A stretch of DNA of 64,000 nt from an uncultured Planctomycetota bacterium (GTDB taxonomy: Bacteria > Planctomycetota > PLA2 > JAEUHO01), in contig CAVVXN010000005.1 in assembly GCA_963752285.1 (NCBI GenBank), forward strand, positions 32,001 through 96,000, given 5' to 3'. The translations under genes were made by a program, and so were the position numbers. The notes under the pieces were generated by a model, which was not told the DNA's origin, searched no databases, and was given only the letters and a program-made list of their open reading frames with translations. The stretch's first letter is position 1. Every line of letters begins with the position of its first letter. This document shows positions 60,210 to 64,000 of this stretch, piece by piece.

Positions 60210-61461
60210 GCGAGAGGTACACGCGCTGGACCTCGTTCCCCACGAGCACCTTCCCGAGCGGGACGAGGCGGGAGGCGCCGAGGGGGAACGTCCCGGTCAA
60301 CACCTGCGTCTCCGGCAGGTCGATCACGACGCGGGGACCGTTCGGGAGCTCCGTGGTGAACGGCTGCGTGTCGCGCGTGTGGCGCCACGACACGGAGAGC
60401 TCCGGGCCGGACGCGCCCAGCACCACCTCGGCGCGCGCGCCCGTCACGAGCGTGGCCACGACCGGCACGTAGACGCGCGGCGCGCCCTTCGACGGCTCCT
60501 TGGACTCTTTGTCCACCGCGTCGTAGTCCTGCAGGTACGCGCGCTCGAGGAGCTCGGCCCTCCGCGTCCCGACGACGGGCGACGGCGGGAGATCGAGGGT
60601 CGCCACGACGACCGGCGCCGCGGCACGATGCTCCGGCGCGCGGACGATCCGGAGCCGCGGGTGCGTTCCCGCGCCGGGCGCGTCGGAGAGTGCCGCGGCC
60701 ATCGCCGCGAGGTCCGGCACGCGCAAGGGATCCCATCCCAGCGCGTCGGGACGACTCTCCGGGCCCGCCGCCTCCGGCTCGGTGGAGGGCTCGGGCTCCT
60801 CGCTCGGCAGGGGTTTCGGGGCGGGCGCGCGGACGTCCCCGACCTCGTGGACCGTCACCCGGACGCGGCAGGCCGGTTCGCGGCCGCGCGCGGGGAGGAC
60901 TCCGAGATCGATCTCGCGATCGAGCGGGACGCGCGTCGCCCCGACGAGGTCCGAGACGTCGATCCGGGGGAGCTGGATCCTCCCCGGAGCGCTCTCCGCG
61001 ACGAGCCGCACCTCGCGCTCGGGGATCGGCGTGTTCAGCTTCGTGCGGAGGACGTGGAAGGCGAGGCGCGCGTGACCGTCCGGCGTCGCGGTCGGCATCA
61101 CGAGCGACTCGATCTCGACGCCCTCCGCGAGGGTGCCGATCACCGGGTCCGCGATCAGGGCGCCTTCGGTGACCTCGGCGTCGAACGTCTGGATGAACGA
61201 CGTCTCGTCCCCGACGCTCGCCGTGGCCAGGTCCGAAGGTCGGACGAGCACGCGGGGCGCCTGGATGACACGGGCATCGACACCCTCCGCGACGAGCTTC
61301 CAGTCGAGGAAGTAGGCCCCTTCGGTTCCGAGCGCCGCCGCCATGGGCAGCGGAGCAGGTTGCGCCTCCGCGCGCGGCGCGGGCGCCCTCGCGACGGGTG
61401 ACGTCCGACAGCCGGTCGCGGTGAGGACGAGGAGAACGGAGACGAGGGGGGTGACGCGCAT
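60196..61461 (-). CDS. Lipoprotein with two degenerate secretin-like segments
   Basis: GGAGG SD, lipobox-like TATGC; QAPRVLV...SFIQTFDAEV...IADPVIGTLAEG...IQLP and a second similar segment. Confidence 0.6.
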   Translation of the reverse strand: MRVTPLVSVLLVLTATGCRTSPVARAPAPRAEAQPAPLPMAAALGTEGAYFLDWKLVAEGVDARVIQAPRVLVRPSDLATASVGDETSFIQTFDAEVTEGALIADPVIGTLAEGVEIESLVMPTATPDGHARLAFHVLRTKLNTPIPEREVRLVAESAPGRIQLPRIDVSDLVGATRVPLDREIDLGVLPARGREPACRVRVTVHEVGDVRAPAPKPLPSEEPEPSTEPEAAGPESRPDALGWDPLRVPDLAAMAAALSDAPGAGTHPRLRIVRAPEHRAAAPVVVATLDLPPSPVVGTRRAELLERAYLQDYDAVDKESKEPSKGAPRVYVPVVATLVTGARAEVVLGASGPELSVSWRHTRDTQPFTTELPNGPRVVIDLPETQVLTGTFPLGASRLVPLGKVLVGNEVQRVYLSLTYE

Positions 61462-61659
61462 GCCGATCCTCCGCCTCGATCCTCGCTCTACCCCGATCAT
61501 CGAGGGGTCACTCGCGGGTCACGTCTCCGTGCGCGCCTCGCTTCGACCCCGGGCGAGCCTGTGGGCCGGACGGCGGGCGTGGGCGACCTCGACCGCGCCC
61601 GTTCGCGCGGCTACGGTGCTCCCCCCGCTTCCTCGGAAGCCCGACCTGGAGGACCGCCC

Positions 61660-62853
61660 CTGCGACGTGCCCTCGACTGGATCCGCGACTTCCTGCGCCT
61701 GGAAGCCGCCGGCGGCCTGCTCCTCCTCGGCGCCGCGGCGCTGGCGCTCCTGGCGGCGAACTCGCCCCTCGCCCACCTCTACGAACGGCTCCTCGACACG
61801 CCGTTCGAGATCCGGCTCGGCTCGCTCGCGCTCGCGAAGCCGCTGCTGCTCTGGATCGACGACGGCTTGATGGCGGTGTTCTTCCTGCTGGTGGGCCTCG
61901 AGATCAAGCGGGAGATCCTGGAGGGCGAGCTCTCTTCGTGGAACCAGGCGTCGCTCCCGCTCTTCGCCGCGATCGGAGGGATGCTCGCGCCGGCGCTCGT
62001 CTACTCGCTCGTGAACGCGGGCCACCCCGAGACCGCCGGCGGGTGGGCGATCCCCGCGGCGACGGACATCGCGTTCGCCCTCGGCATCCTCTCCCTGGCC
62101 GGCAAGGGAGTTTCGTCCTCGCTCAAGGTCTTCCTCCTCGCGCTCGCGATCATCGACGACCTCGGCGCGATCGTGATCATCGCCGTCCTGTACACGTCGG
62201 ACCTGTCGCTCGTCTCGCTGGTCCTCGCGGGCGTCGGTCTCGGGGGCCTGTTCGTCCTCAACCGGCGCGGAGTCGTCCGGATCGCTCCGTACATGCTCGT
62301 CGGCGTGTTCATCTGGGTGTGCGTCCTCGAGTCGGGCGTGCACGCGACGCTCGCGGGCGTCGCCGTCGCGTTCTTCATCCCTCTCCGCACGAAGGGCGAC
62401 GCTCCGTCCCCGCTCCGGCACCTCGAGCGCGCGCTCCATCCCTGGGTGGCGTTCGGCATCATGCCTCTCTTCGCGTTCGCGAACGCGGGCGTCTCGTTCG
62501 CCGGGATGTCGCTCTCGAGCTTCGCGGCGCCGCTTCCGCTCGGCATCGCCGCGGGTCTCTTCGTCGGGAAGCAGCTCGGCGTGTTCGGCGCCTCGTTCCT
62601 CGTCGTGAAGATCGGGCTCTGCCGACTGCCCGAGGCCGTGCGCTGGCGCCAGCTCTACGGCGTGGCGCTCCTGACCGGCATCGGGTTCACGATGAGCCTC
62701 TTCATCGGGAGCCTCGCGTTCGAGTCCGCCCACCTCGAGGGCCCGGTCCGGGTGGGCGTCCTCTCGGGCACGCTCCTCTCCGCGCTCGCGGGCTCCGGCG
62801 TCCTGTGGCTCGTCACCCGCCGAGGCGGCGACGCCGACCCCGCTCCGGCGTAG
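61660..62853 (+). CDS. nhaA: Na+/H+ antiporter NhaA (probable CTG start)
   Basis: EAAGG, GLEIKRE, ATDIAFA, AIIDDLG, SGVHAT, FANAG, GIGFTMSLFI; GGAGGA SD 6 nt before CTG 61660. Confidence 0.95.
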   Translation: MRRALDWIRDFLRLEAAGGLLLLGAAALALLAANSPLAHLYERLLDTPFEIRLGSLALAKPLLLWIDDGLMAVFFLLVGLEIKREILEGELSSWNQASLPLFAAIGGMLAPALVYSLVNAGHPETAGGWAIPAATDIAFALGILSLAGKGVSSSLKVFLLALAIIDDLGAIVIIAVLYTSDLSLVSLVLAGVGLGGLFVLNRRGVVRIAPYMLVGVFIWVCVLESGVHATLAGVAVAFFIPLRTKGDAPSPLRHLERALHPWVAFGIMPLFAFANAGVSFAGMSLSSFAAPLPLGIAAGLFVGKQLGVFGASFLVVKIGLCRLPEAVRWRQLYGVALLTGIGFTMSLFIGSLAFESAHLEGPVRVGVLSGTLLSALAGSGVLWLVTRRGGDADPAPA

Positions 62854-62860
62854 GCCGTCC

Positions 62861-64000
62861 TCACCGCCCGGGCTCGTCCCGCCACACCGGGTCGTCGGGC
62901 TTCCCGTGTCGATCGAGCCAGCGAAAGACCGCGTCGAGCTCGTCCCGGGGCACCGCGAGGCTCGGCGAGGGGAAGTCGGAGCCCCGCCCGGGCCGGACGA
63001 TCCGCGTCAGCGCGACGCAGGCGTCCTTCAGACAGTCGTCGACGGTCGACGTGCGGGTCCCCAGGCTCTGGAGCGGGGCGAGCGCCGTGCGGAGACGCGC
63101 CGCGGTCGCGAGGCGCGCAGCGCCGTCGAGGTCGTTCATCGCGCCGAGGGTCGTGAGCGCCGCGGAGATCCGGGGCCACTCGCTCGCCGCTCCCGCCACG
63201 CCGCGCGTGGCGAGCCACGCCTCGAGCGCCGGCGCCCCGAGCCGCCGGAGCGTCTCCATCGCCTCCGAGCACCACGCGAACTGGAAGGCGTCGGGCGACG
63301 AGGGCGTGTCCTCGAGGGCGAGGATCCGCTCCATGAGGGCCGCCGAGACGCGGCGATCCGTCGCCGCGAGCACGCGGAGGCACGACAGCGCGATCGCCCG
63401 ACGTAGCTCGCGGTCGCGCAGCGTGGAGCCGAGGTGGAGCGTGCACCCCCGGAGGAGGAGCTCTTCCGCGCGGAGGCACCAGGCGTCGTGCTCCGCGGAG
63501 AGGGGCGCGCCCTTCGGACGGTACGTCGGGTACGTTCGCTCCACGAACCGGAGCGCGTCGAGCGTGGCGTCGAGCGCCGCGACGGCGGGCTTCTCGAGCT
63601 GGACCTCGATCCGGTCGAGGAACGGGTTCGCCGACGCGAGGGGGAGGGCCGCCGGCGGGGGCACCTCCTCCGGCGCCGGAGGCGGCCCCGTCGTGTCGCG
63701 CGGCGTGACGGTGGGGGGACCGTCCGGGTCGCGCGGGGTGATCGGCCGGTACACGGACGCCGCGCGCAGGAGGAACAGGAGGGCGAACGACGAGTCGAGC
63801 GTGTCCGTGACCACGATCGCGCCCGGGGGGACGTCGCGTCCGCCCGCCCCCGCGGCGCTCCAGAGGCCGTCCTTCGCCTGCGCCGCCAGGAGCCACCGGG
63901 CTCCGTCCCGGTACCACGCCACGCCGCCGACCTCCTCTTCCCCCAGGAACACGCACGCCTTCTCGAGCGCGAAGAGCCGGTAGTACGCGTAGACCGCGCC
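62861..64000 (-). CDS. Prenyltransferase/squalene-oxidase-repeat-like helical protein (3' part; runs off window end)
   Basis: Frame open to base 64000: YYRLFALEKAC...WYRDGARWLLAAQAKDGLW...SFALLFL. Confidence 0.7.
   Translation of the reverse strand, partial: GAVYAYYRLFALEKACVFLGEEEVGGVAWYRDGARWLLAAQAKDGLWSAAGAGGRDVPPGAIVVTDTLDSSFALLFLLRAASVYRPITPRDPDGPPTVTPRDTTGPPPAPEEVPPPAALPLASANPFLDRIEVQLEKPAVAALDATLDALRFVERTYPTYRPKGAPLSAEHDAWCLRAEELLLRGCTLHLGSTLRDRELRRAIALSCLRVLAATDRRVSAALMERILALEDTPSSPDAFQFAWCSEAMETLRRLGAPALEAWLATRGVAGAASEWPRISAALTTLGAMNDLDGAARLATAARLRTALAPLQSLGTRTSTVDDCLKDACVALTRIVRPGRGSDFPSPSLAVPRDELDAVFRWLDRHGKPDDPVWRDEPGR

Overview
Very GC-rich bacterial chromosomal window, probably Planctomycetota (inferred from the ECF sigma/Ser-Thr kinase-WD40 pair, kinase-AAA-TPR proteins, a MoxR/Bat operon and many secreted hypothetical proteins). 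About 47 genes are supportable; no rRNA, tRNA, CRISPR array or transposase was seen. Most long ORFs in the supplied track are GC-rich shadow frames. Ordinary content: oxidoreductases, a sugar ABC transporter plus GH38 mannosidase (1-nt frameshift), a YncE/phosphoesterase, Amt, a pseudouridine synthase, Uup, a GGDEF protein, a MoxR-DUF58-vWA (Bat-like) operon and NhaA. The standout is 31.5-34.1 kb. An exported tandem thioredoxin-fold protein is split by an in-frame TGA inside a U-G-S-C (UxxC) motif followed by a SECIS-like hairpin, making it a candidate selenoprotein that the ORF track breaks in two. It is divergently transcribed from an AcrB/RND-like protein lacking all transmembrane helices. 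Other signals: two secreted proteins sharing a PLAT-like repeat and a bipartite upstream motif next to an ECF-kinase pair, repeated leaderless promoters, near-cognate start codons, a REP-like repeat family and a gene bracketed by 73-bp direct repeats. All family assignments are from motif recognition by eye, not database searches.
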